Source: Thelocarpon superellum (taxonomy: Eukaryota). Taken from it: DNA of 49,370 nt. Where the stretch lies: the NCBI GenBank assembly GCA_026025795.1, contig JAPEUG010000097.1:1-49370 (forward strand), read 5' to 3'. The notes under the pieces are model-generated. The model saw only the letters and a list, made by a program, of their open reading frames with translations, was not told where the DNA came from and searched no databases. A program made the position numbers and the translations under genes. Below, piece by piece: positions 11,371 to 22,931 of the stretch. Position 1 is the stretch's first letter. Each line of letters starts with the position of its first letter.

Positions 11371-14300
11371 ATGACGCGTCGCGCAAGGACTGTCTGCCCG
11401 CTCCTCCTCCTTCTGCTGGGGTCACTCGAGGTGGTGGTGGGAAGTCGAGGCAACTTAGCGCTCCGACAGGATGCTCCTCCGGCCGATCCAGCCTTGACGC
11501 CGGGTGCCAGAGGGACGACGCCGCCAGGCTCATCGGCCCTTGTCCTCTCCACCAGCAATGGCCCCATAGTGACTCCAAGCTCAGTGCCGACGACGAGCGT
11601 CCCAGCATCGCCCCAGTCGTCGCTGGCCCAAAGCGGGGGCCCAGCGTCAGCAAGCTCGCTCCCTCTGCTCTCCTCTTCCGTCTCATCCAACCCCAGCAAT
11701 CCCACACCGACCTCGGGAAGCCCATCCACGTCTTCCAGCGTCGAGTCACCAAGCCCCACCATACCGACCACTGGCATTTCCATGCCCTCTTCGACCTCGA
11801 GTGCCCTTCCTGGTATGCCGCGTATTCTCCGGTTGACGTCGACCAAGCTAACGCGCCTTTCCCAGGGCCGCCTGCGCAAGATCCGAATATCCTTCCGCTG
11901 ACTCCCCGTATCACCCCGGCTCTCGCAATGGCCGGAGTGATGCTGCTCGCCACGGGCGTGGTATACAACGTGATTGGTATTCGAAAGAGATGGTTCCACA
12001 TATTTCTCTCCTCCGCCTACCTCGGCGCCTTGGCGGTGGCCGTATTGATCGTCTATGTCATGACGCTCCCGGTCAACGACGCGGTGCAGGGTGCCTATTT
12101 GGTCGCGGTGACCGTTACTGGCTTCATCCTAGGAGGCATCTCGCTTATCTTCACCGACGTCACCGAAGGTCTCGGCTGTCTGCTCGGTGGCTACTGCGTG
12201 TCCATGTGGTTTCTTGTCCTGAAGCCAGGCGGCCTCATCACAAGTACTGGGGGTAAAGCGGCCTTCATCACCACCTGCATCGTCGTCGCCTTTGCACTCT
12301 CTTTCATCCCCTTTACCCGCGTGCATGCGCTGATGTACGCGAGTGCCTTTTCCGGCGCCACCGTTCTCATCCTGGGCATCGACTGCTTCGCTCGGGCTGG
12401 ATTCAAAGAATTCTGGCTGTACATCTGGGGTATGATCTGACTGGGAGGCTCTCGCCACAGATATGAACTGACCTGCTGACAGGACTGAACACTAATCTCT
12501 TTCCCTTGAACACGACCACATATCCCCACACGCGCGGTATTCAGGTCGAGATCGCGGCCATCATCCTCCTCGCTATCTGCGGGGTCATCTCGCAGGAGAA
12601 GCTATGGCGAGTGGTGAAGAAGCGCCAAGAGGAAAAGGCAGCGATACGAGACGAGCAATCGCGACGCCATGACGAAGCAGAGGAGGCGGTGGGCCGTCGC
12701 GTCGAGCAAGATCTAAGTCGGGAGCGCGTTCGATGGGAAGGGATATATGGGGACGGTGGTTCGCCGCCACTGAAACCGGATTCCGGCTTCGGCGAAGATG
12801 TGGAGAGCCTGCGCAAAGGCTCAGGCAGCGTTGGAGAGACCCGGGACACCGGCAAAGGCGGTGGGACGATGGAGATGACGGACCTTGGTCCTTCGCAGCA
12901 TTCGAGTGATGCCGAGAAGGACGCCACGGTACTGGCCCCGGTGCAGCAGAACATCGTCACGGTACGCGTGGCCCCCGAGGAGGATGACATGGATAGCATC
13001 AGCCCTGCGGCAGCCCCAGGTCTATCATCGCCTCCCCCCGCCCACTCTCCCGCAACGCCCCGCGCCGGAGTGTCATTTCAATTCACGGATAACCATCAGC
13101 GCCGACATTCAACGGTGGCCAGTGACGCCGCCCGCACGTCCATTGCTGTCCCGCCTGCTATTGTCCCGCTGCCGTTCCGCATTCCAGAAACAATGGACAA
13201 GGACGAAGATGATCACCGATCCTCCGTCGCCACCATTACAGAGTCCGTCCGTAACTCCCGGCGGCGCTCGAAGCGATTCTCGGCGTCGTCTGCTTTGAAG
13301 CGGCTATCTGGTGGGACTAGTCGGCGTTCGCAGGCCATGTCGGAGGATGAGGAGTCTCTCGTCATCCCTCACGAGGATTATGACCGAGCCTCCTCCATCG
13401 CTGCCACCGTCGATGATCTGACCAATGATCAAGCCTCGCTCGCGCCGTCCCGTTTCGGACTGCGGTCAGACGAGGATGAAGACGGCACGGCGAAGGAGGA
13501 CGGCTCGGGATCGGGAAAATCGGGTGACGCAGACAGAACAGCGTCTGCCGATGAGCATTCCACGGCGGAAGATGTGGAAGGCCCGCGCCAGGCCAAGGGC
13601 GCGTCCTCCGACGTCATGACGGCCAGCTCGAACTCAGTCAATGCCGGCATCCCGCGATCCATCGTTGCCGGTCGATCAGTCAAATCCGTGGCACCGTCGG
13701 AGGTGTCACTGCCATTGTCGCTGGGGGATCTAAAGGCTCAAATGCCCACCCGGATGTCGAAGACAGTCATGGTTTTTCGCACCAACGAATGGGCGAAGCA
13801 CCTCGGCGTGGCAGATGAACCGGCCGTCGAGGAGATCAATGACACTTTCAGCCAAGAGGGCAGCAAGATGGAGGTGCCAGCTCCGGTCGACGTGGAAGAT
13901 CTTCAACGAACGGCAGACAGCGCTCCGGCCCCTCTTCTTCCACGACGGGTGTCAGAGGCCCCGGCGTCGTATGATCGGCCGCAGCTCTCGCGATTCTCCA
14001 GTGTCAACACCTCACGGACGTCGGTCGTTGCTTCCGGACCAGTCTCGCTGCCACATTCGCCCTCGGGCACGACCTTACAGCGCCAGAGTGTCTTGCAGCG
14101 CAGCGCTTCTCAGTCGTCACTAGCGGCGGGAAGCGCCCACGGCATGACTCCTATGCACTCGTCGACGTCGCTTCCTCTACCACACGCAGCCGTACTTCCC
14201 CACGGATTCCGTAGTAGCTCATCACCCGTGGTTCACGGGCCGCTCATCGAGTCGGCCGTCGAGGAAAGGCCAACGCAAGGATATCTGCGCCGTCAACTAC

Positions 14301-14890
14301 CCGTGCCCAATCCCAGCGAGACGCTGATCGCCAAACGGGACACGCTCATCCGCAGCAAGTACTCGTCGATGTTCATTCCGGCTCCCAGCCCTGTGCCGGA
14401 GCTAACCCCGAGCGATTCGGCGTCGATATTCAGCGCGCAGACATCACGGCTGGATGAGGAGGACATGACGCTGTCGGAGCGGCGGACGTTGATCCAGCAA
14501 GTTCAGCTTCAACAGGCGCGGCGCTCGCCAGCGGTGGTGGTCGGGGCCAAGGAAGGGTTTGACGCGCATATGCCCAAGCGGGATTCGACGATGGATCCGA
14601 TGCGTCGCGAGAGCATGCTGGCGCAATTCCGCCAGTCGATATCGGAAGATCTCGGGGCGAGCCAGCAGCCGCAGGCCGCGATTGAGTCTCGTCGCATGTC
14701 GATGATCAACGACCATCGCCAACGCCGAATGAGTCAACAGCAGGCGGTTATGGCCAGCAAGATGCGGAATGACGTTTTTGACGAGCGGATGCGCCGAGGG
14801 GAAATGCTCGACCTGCATAAAGAATCGATGCGCAAGATGCAGGCCAACGCGAACAAACGGGCTTCTCAGTTTGGGGTTAATCTTGGATAG
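11371..14890 (+). CDS. DUF4203 / TM7S3-TM198-like multi-pass membrane protein with signal peptide, Ser/Thr-rich ectodomain and long disordered tail (3 exons)
   Basis: Signal peptide at 11371. Introns 11813..11865 and 12430..12482 join three ORFs in frame. TM motifs EGLGCLLGGYCVSMW and GIDCFARAGFKEFWLYIWG-LN..LFPL; tail motifs RTNEWAKHL and HKESMRKMQ. Confidence 0.85.
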
Positions 14891-15735
14891 ATGTCCACAC
14901 GTCGACCATCTTGAGTCGCCTTGATAACTGACAAAGCATCATGATAGATACGTCCGATGAGACTCCTACGTTGAGATTCATGGGCTGGGAAGGGCATACG
15001 GATATTTCCAGGCGCTCTGGACGGGGCATTACAGAGATCGGATGGACAATGCATGCATGGACTCAGACGAGTCTCTACGTAGTTCCTAATAGACATATAG
15101 ATAGTTGGTAATGAGACGCCACCTTCTCACTACGACCTGGAGGGATGCCGAGCGGATGTGGGATAAATGACGAGCGTGCGAATGACGGGAGACTCCCAAG
15201 CGCGAAGGGATCGTTGGTCGCGAGATCACATGATGGAGTGGCGGTTACGCAAGTCGTCCCGCGCTCGACAATAATTTAGTATGGGAGCACTCCGTTCTAT
15301 TATCTAAAGATGTCCAATGAATTCAGGTGCTCCTGCAATGGATTGCTCCAAGAGTACCAGGCCTAGCTTCATAACAGTATGTGGACATGAGTCTGCACAG
15401 CCCCCCTGAGGCCCAGAATGGCCACACTCATTACTGTTACATGAGCACAGCTAATGGGCGCTCCCTGTGAGGCCGGGAGCTCCACGCCTCGCCGTAAGGA
15501 TAGGAAAGGTCATGTGATAATCACGTGTAGCGGCACGTGACTTGACCCGCTATGTATCGAGTCCCGCTACGAGCTAGCAGAGCCCCAGCGTTCAGCTCGA
15601 GTAACACGACGAGGTCAGGAATAGGTCTACAAACCCTGCTGCGTCACGACGCTCCACCCCATTAACCACATCTATTGTTTCCACCTAGCTTTAGGCTTCA
15701 TCGTCACAGTACATCTCTTTTCGGCCAGAGGTGGT

Positions 15736-15841
15736 GGAGGAGAAGGAGGAGGAGAAGGAGGAGGAGAAGGAGGAGGAGAAGGAGGAGGAGAAGGAAGAGG
15801 AGAAGGAGGAGGAGAAGGAGAAGAAGGAGGAGGACGAGGAG
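15736..15841. repeat. Polypurine 12-mer tandem repeat (AAGGAGGAGGAG)n, about 7 copies
   Basis: Read directly; 15736-15834 contains only A and G. Confidence 0.95.
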
Positions 15842-16880
15842 GGGTGGAGAAGAGACATGGAAACCAAGAAGGCACTGCATGGAGCTTCGTGCATTGCGGG
15901 AAGAGTTTCAGGACTGCTGATCGACGAGGTGATTACAGTCCACAAAGCTTTGTCTGAACGAATTAGGCGGCAAGGGAGTGGGACATGGAATAGGGTACTC
16001 CAGAACCCATGTTCAGAAACTGAGGAGCCCCCCATTAGCTGCGCGCAAGAATTAAAGAGAGCCCCCGTCCGAAAAGCTCGTGTGCTAGAAACGAGTGTAG
16101 TCAGTGCAGACCCTGGTAGGGGAGTGCGCAGACGCGTGTCTAGCAGCTGTAACAAATCGCATGAGATATCTATGGACACTCCTACGTCGTGCTCCGCGTT
16201 TCTCATGTGCTCCACCAATCAAACGATGAAGCTTGGTGCTTAGTCAGCAGCGCATGCCCTCACGAGATCATCGTCTCAACGTCCATGACCACCACGGAGC
16301 AGGAGTCGCGGCAGATTAATGAATGCATGGCTCGACTGCTATCGTGATCTGAGTGGGCGAATAGAGAGTCTCCATGTCATCGATTGCAGAAATGGATCGC
16401 CGTCCTCTGAGCGAACAGATCTCCTAAGCAGATGGCATTTCCCGCTGCCATGTCAATAGGCGTCGCGATGCCATCGGATTTGGCAAATCCCTGTCCGGTG
16501 CCGAACAATAGGCTCTTGGAAAGCGGCTGTACTGAAAGAGGCAACCACTTAATCTCGATCGTACCGTCCAGCACGCTACTCTTGGCCATCTACGTCTATG
16601 CGCTCGATCCGCTAATCGCTGCAGCGGCGGCAAATTGGTTTCGTACAGGCGACGCGGTCCGAGCTTCAGGTCGCGGCCCGGTATAGGGTCTAGACGGCGC
16701 AGTGCTTGATTGTGATATTATTGCGCGGGGTTTATTCTGTTCGTTGAGCCTATCAAGCGATGCTCTGACCATGCACCTCATCTCCGCCTTCACTTCCGTC
16801 CGCCGCGAGACGATGACGGATCCGCTCGTCCAAGAGATAGGTGATCAGCTCTGCGCAGCATCGTCGTCGTGGCTACGATC

Positions 16881-18203
16881 ATGATGGGCTTGTGGCGAGT
16901 GGCATTGCTCGTCTCGGCCCTGGCGGCTTGTCAGGTGCTGGGGCAGTTTCTCAGCTGGCCGTTTGAACTGATCTGCTTCACCCTGGAGTTCCCGCCCATC
17001 GACGCGTTTCCGCCGACCATGACGCAGGAGCAGTGGGCCAAGTATCACAGGAACCTGAACCTCTATTGTCCGCTTGACGAAGATGGACCAGGGGCGGAGT
17101 GCGACAGGTCGGGCATCCTGAAATTCATGCGGCCGGAACCCAAGAAGAGCGAGCACGTGGCGGATTACATGGTCCGGTACATGAAGTGGCACTACCACCG
17201 AAACTCCCGCGCTTCGACCGAGTACTGCGAGAACTTCTGTTGGTGCTTCGATGACAGCATGGAGTGGAACAAACAGGACTTCGTCACTCGCCTGGCGGTG
17301 CGCACCAAGCTATCGTTGGCCGATGAGCGGTACAACTCGGCGCAGCTGTCAAAGTCGGTAGGGGAGCCTGAGCGAGGAGCAGGCGGATCGCTGGTTGACG
17401 TGGGATAGGAACTTGGCATGTATGATCAAATCGTCTGCAACGGTAACAGCGTCGGCAACGGTGGCCCCAGCGGGAATGCGGACCCCTCGTCGGCCACCCA
17501 GCTCTGCACCGCGTCGGACGGCATCGACGCAAGGTGTCACCACGGAGAACCATGGTTCATGCCGCAGAACATGAGCAGCGGCTGGATCGAGAGCATGACG
17601 GACCCGCGCGCCGCGGCCTGCGCCAGCTGCCGGTGCGGACGGACCGTTGCGGATGGAAAGGGCGGAACGACGATGGAGTACTCGAAGCTGGCGGGCAATT
17701 TCTCGGATCTACGGACCCTCCTCCTTTTGATACAGCAGGAGAAGACGCAGCGGCCGGCCCTCCCACCACCATCCACCGTTCCCATCGCCGCGTCATCGAC
17801 GAGCCCAAGCATCTCCTCTCCGGCGCAGCAATGCGATTCCACGGTGTCAGAAGGAAACTGCACGACTAACGACCAATGTCTCGGGGTCGGGGGAGAGGGA
17901 GGATGTCGATGCGCGCGTGACATACGCACGCTCAGTTCGACCGTTGGCCCTCTCCGCGACGCAGTGCACATGCGGACCTCGTACCAGGGCCTCCACGGCG
18001 CGTGTCAGCCCGACGTGTACCTGCTTTCCTTCCCATCTGCGGCTGCGTCGGTGCCCATGTCTGTCGGGGTGAAGAAACTCCTGGCTGCTGTGGAGGGGAA
18101 CGAGGACCAGGACCGGGACGAGGAAGAGGAGGGGATGGTGTCACCGTGGCTCTGTCCATGCGAAGACGAAGATGACGTCTGGCGCGGGGAGTGCTGCTGG
18201 TGA
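16881..18203 (+). CDS. Secreted cysteine-rich protein, about 423 aa with 23 Cys (2 exons)
   Basis: Signal peptide MMGLWRVALLVSALAACQVLG. ORFs 16869..17408 and 17418..18203 share a frame and are joined by a phase-0 intron 17358..17408 (GTAGGG...TTGAC...TAG). Ends CPCEDEDDVWRGECCW. Confidence 0.72.
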
Positions 18204-18582
18204 GTGGTCGGAGAAGCTTTTGGCCCGCCTCTCGGGGGCTCGACATCAAGCCTAGATACAGGTAGAAGAGAATTCATGTACATTCCACGCTCAAGCTGCG
18301 GCCCCGGCCGACACAGTTCCCGGCATGGTTCCAGGCATGACGTGTCTACTAGGTGAAGGCGGCGGCGGTGATGGATCATTCCCCTGTGTCTCCCGGCCAT
18401 GACTCCACGCCCGGTGGCGCAGTTCCCCGCAGCCGTCCCTGCCATGTGCTGTTCGATGCTGCGCTCGCGCTGATGGCAGTTCGGGTTGGCGTCGTTCGTG
18501 TGCTAGTCTTGCTCCCGCTCCCGCCTCTGCCTCCCTTTCCACCCTCCCTCCCCTCCCTCCCCCTCTCCCTTTCCTCGACCCC

Positions 18583-21500
18583 TCACTCCTCCAGCACTCC
18601 CAGCCGCCGCAACCGCGCCGCGTGCATCGCGTCCGTGATTCCCGCCTTCCGGCGCTCGGCGGGAGTCATGGACGCGAATTGCAGGTCGATGAAGCGGACG
18701 TGATCCACTGCATCGCGGCGCGGTGCTTGCGACGGCGGCTGTGGGGCCGGATCGACGGTGGCTGGCGCCTCCGGGGCGCCAGGGTGAGTCGGCGCTGGAG
18801 AAGGCATCGCTTGGGTCATCCCCGGGGTACGCGCGACGCCATGTTGGCTGGGAAGGCTCTCCCGCGTCGCTTCCCCAGGCGTGGGGACGCCCAACGTGCC
18901 CGGCGTAGACCCTTGGCGGGTCAGAGGCGGGACGGACAGGGACCCCTGCCGAGTCATTGGCTGTGGCAGAGGTGTGTCCGTCGTTGGCGAGGGAGCGGCC
19001 GTGCCCGATGGCGGCGGCCGTGGGAGGAGCGAGGCGCCGCCGGGCGACACCCCTTCCTCCCCTCCCTGCTCCGCTTCATTCCCCGCGATCTTCGCCGTCT
19101 CCGTCTCCGGCTCACCAGCCGTCGTCTCCCCCATCTCCCTCGCCTGGTAGCCGGCGGTGGTCGGGAGATCATACTGCGTCAACCACGCGTCAAGCGAGAG
19201 CCGCTCGTCGGGTGACTGGTATGGCAGCAGTGATGCCGTGGGGGAGGAGTGAGGTGGCACGGATGCCGAGGAATATATAGCCGGTGGGAGTGCCGGCGCT
19301 TCGACTGCTCCCTGAAGGGCAGCAGGAGCGTTCCCACCGGTCGCCGACGGTGGAGCCACGGGCGGTGCAGCGTGCCGAAGCCGCCCGTCCGCGCGACCCG
19401 TCAAAGCGGGCCGAGCAAGCCCAGAGTCACCGTGAGGGACCGCCGCGTAGCCGGCTGGTCCTCTCACCTGCTCGGCCAGACCAGGGTGGACTTGCGTGGA
19501 TGGTTGGCTTCCTGCGCCAGGCTGACCCCTGGCGACGTCAGGAAGGCTCGGATCGTCGAATCCCACGAAGGGATCGTCGGGTCCGAGATCCATCGTAAAG
19601 TCCACCCCGTCCTCGTGGGCGTGCTCGACCCCTTGACTCCATGGCCCTCGCTGGCCTTGGTCAAGTAGCAGACCAAGACCGAGCAAGGCTGGGTCGATTT
19701 GCGCGTCGGTCGGGTCGACTCCGCCGCTCGCCTCCGGCTCGACCCCCGCCGGCCAACCCGTCGGATATGGTCCAGCGGCGTTGAGCGCCAGCGGATGCTG
19801 GACTGCCGTAACGTCCCCATCGCTAGCGACGGGGACGCCCATACCGTACGTGAGGGCCGGCTCGAGTCCGACCGAGGCGCCGCCCATGGCTCCAACTTGC
19901 CCGGAGGAAAAGGGCCCTCCAATCACAGCCCCGTACTGGTCGGACTGGGGCCCTACGAACGCTCCCGCTTGGTGCGCGGAGTGAGCTGGCTCGTAGAACC
20001 CCGCCAGACCGGGTGCCTGTGGTGGAGGTTGGCTCGCGCCCGCTTGAAAGGTCGCTCCGTGCGGCGGCTGAAAATGCCCCGCATCGGTCGCAGCGCCTTG
20101 CGGTTGCTGCCAGCCCCCCCCGTGGGTCGTCGGACCAGCTTCCGGAGCTGGTTGATATAAGAGGCCTAAGAGATCGTGAGAAAGGAGTCGTCATCGGGCG
20201 CCGGATTAGAAAGCTCACTCTGGAGCCATCGCGACCGGCCCGCGCTTCTCCAGAGGTCCTCGTGATATATAGCCCAGGCCGACCGCGAATAGTGCCGTCG
20301 CCACGCGGGCCAGGTCATGGGCCCCACCTCGCGCACGCGTTGCTCGTACGCAGTGAGGCCCACGACCCCCAACCAGTCCTCGTAGCTCAGCCCGGCCACG
20401 TCCTCATCTCGCGTTGGCAAGAGATGGTCGGCCGGGTAGTCAAAGCCCTCGGACGCTGGTTGGGCCGTGGCGACGGTGGCGACGGCCGCGGTCGACCCGC
20501 TGAGCGGGGAGGGTGCCTGGGCCTGATCGAGGAGGTCAGCCGCAGCGATGTCGGCCATGAGGTACGACGTGAGACTTACCACCCCCCCGCCCAGCTGGGT
20601 GTCGGCTGGGAAGCCAGGTGCGTCGGGGAACGCACCGTGGCCGCCGACACCCATGGGGCCTTGGCTCGCCGAGCCAGCCCCCGCTCTCCCAGATCCTTGT
20701 GGATCTTGACCAGATCCCGGCAGAACGGTGTTCTGCGAGCTGCTCGTGAGCGGCTGGCTCAACAGCCAGAGATGATCTGGCTGTTGGGGATCTGTGTGGA
20801 CAAGGTTCTGGGGTTGCTAAAGGAAGAAGGTCATTAGCCTCGCTCGACTCGTTTTAATAGTCACTTTGTACTCACCGAGGGCTCGCCGGGATATGTCAGC
20901 GAGGGAATGTTAGGCGCGTGCACAAGACCGGGTGTTGCTGGGATGTTGCGATTCCGTGCACGTTTTCTCGGCGCGCGGACGTCTGTTGATTGCGCGTTGC
21001 TGTCGTCGAAGTCATCACTGTCGGTCTCCCCATGTTTACGTTTTCCCTGGTTCGATGGTAGACCCAGGTCACTGGTAGGGGGTGGAGCTAGCGGTATAAG
21101 TGAGTATGCAGAAGCAACCCCTTCTGGAGTCACCGCCGGGAGCGCATTCACAGGGAGGAACGAAGATGTAGGGTAAGCGGCAGGGGCCATGTTGGGTGCG
21201 GAGACAAAAGCCTGGCCAGAAGTCACCACGTTTCCCCCGGACGCGGCATTGGCTTGGGACCGCGCAGCGGAGGTCTTGCGGTCGGTCCAGGTTCGGTCAA
21301 AGTGGACCGGGTCCAAGGCTGTCCAATGCTTGCCCTCACTGGCCGCGATGGGCAACAATCGGGCTAATTCGCGCTGGCCTTGCTGCATTCGCCGCAGGTC
21401 GCGAGTCGTCATGGCAGGCTGCGGTCCAGGGAAGGGTTGGGCTTGAAAGTGAACGATGCCCTGTGGCGGAGGGGGCTGGACGATGCTGCCATCGTCTTGA

Positions 21501-22147
21501 AGGATCCAGTTTGTATTGGCGGCGACCTGAGCCTCGCTGAGATGTTCCAGGGTCTTCACTTCGGTCTTGGTGATGTGATCGCGTCGCGTCACCCAGCACA
21601 TGGCCTTGTTCGCCTCTCGCCATCGCGTGCGGGACATGTTGAGACCGTTGCACCAGCTCCGGCTTTGGCGGGGCCGACGCTCCCCGGGCGCCATGCGACC
21701 CCAGATATCGTTGTAGCTCAGGCGAGTATCCATGCGAAACCACATCTCCAGACGCCAGGATTCGACCTGCCGCGAGATACGGCGCGGGAGAAAGGGGAAG
21801 TCGTTCAACTGACGGCCCGCGCCGTCTGTCACGGGCGTTTGGCCCTCGTACAACTTGGTCAGAGAGATTCCGAGCAATCCCGAGAAGTTCGAAGCCGGGC
21901 GCAGCTGCCCGGCGATAGCTGGGAGCGTCCATTCGGTCCATGTCGCTTGCTCGGGAACGAAGCTGGTGTAGTCCTCGGGGTCACTCACGTCGCGTGCCGG
22001 CTCGACCACTAAATCACCCTGGTCAGTTGTGCGTTTCACCACGCACGACGCACGATGCATAAGGATCGATCACTTACAATAACGCGTGAAGACAATGTTC
22101 GGAAGCGGTGTGCCTTGGAGCGATGCAACAGGATATTGCTGTGCCAT
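18583..22147 (-). CDS. Uncharacterised 1127-aa protein with an N-terminal Trp/Arg-rich folded domain, NLS-like motifs and a long Pro/Gly/Ala/acidic low-complexity region (4 exons)
   Basis: ATG at 22147. Introns 22077..22009, 20875..20817 and 20218..20166, all GTRAG...TAG. Exon lengths 70+1133+598+1583=3384 nt keep frame to TGA at 18585-18583. Confidence 0.78.
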
Positions 22148-22931
22148 CTTGCAGACGAGCACGAAACAAGCGGCGAACGTCGATGTCGTAAGACACAACA
22201 AACAGTGCAGGGAAATGGTCAATCTGGTGTTGGTTGACGTCCAATCAAGCGCTTGGTCGAGTTGGAGAAGAGTAGAGTAGAGAAGAGAAGGAAGGGCAGA
22301 AAAAGAAGACCAGGTACTTAAAGTGATGTGCGGTCAGGCGCTCGAGAGGACTGTTGAGGAGAGAGGATGTGGAACGCGTGTTGACAGGGCTTTAACTTGT
22401 AGAAACGTAAGTGTCCTGTACATTAGCATCATTAACAGCGGAAGAACAGAAGCAGTGACTGCAGAAGCGGTGACTGTTGAAGCCGAACAACGCTCGACAT
22501 CGTGAGGCGGCGGAAGCCGAGTAACACCAGTCCAGGCGTGTCCTGATGGACAACGGACACTTCAATTGAGCCAGAACATGGACGAGGTCAATAACAGAAG
22601 CCAGCGCCGTTCCAATTCAGCAGACAACGCAACATCAACATATTCGCTGTCCTGGCCGATGATATCAGTGCTCGGGGGACTTTTGAATAAAGAGAGGGGC
22701 GAGAGGGCAGGTAAAGACGCCAGAACACAATCCATTGTTCGAGAACTTTCAACAACGCGGACAAGGGATGCGCTGACGGAGAACCGAGAGCATTATTCCA
22801 TCTCTTCCATCCTAAGTGCCCGTATATACAGCGTAAGAGTTCCTGCCATGGTAAGCGACAAGGGCTCTCTGCATCTCTCGCCTGCTTCGACACACCTCTG
22901 TTCATCCTTGTCTGGTCTACCGCAACACCAC

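Noticed and set aside
15675..15920. Poly-Arg, poly-Pro and Ser/Phe ORFs
   Set aside because: Alternative-frame and antisense translations of the polypurine repeat, without credible gene structure.
17406..17408. In-frame TAG between two same-frame ORFs as stop-codon readthrough or a pseudogene
   Set aside because: A 51-nt phase-0 GT-AG intron (17358..17408) with a branch-like TTGAC explains it more simply.
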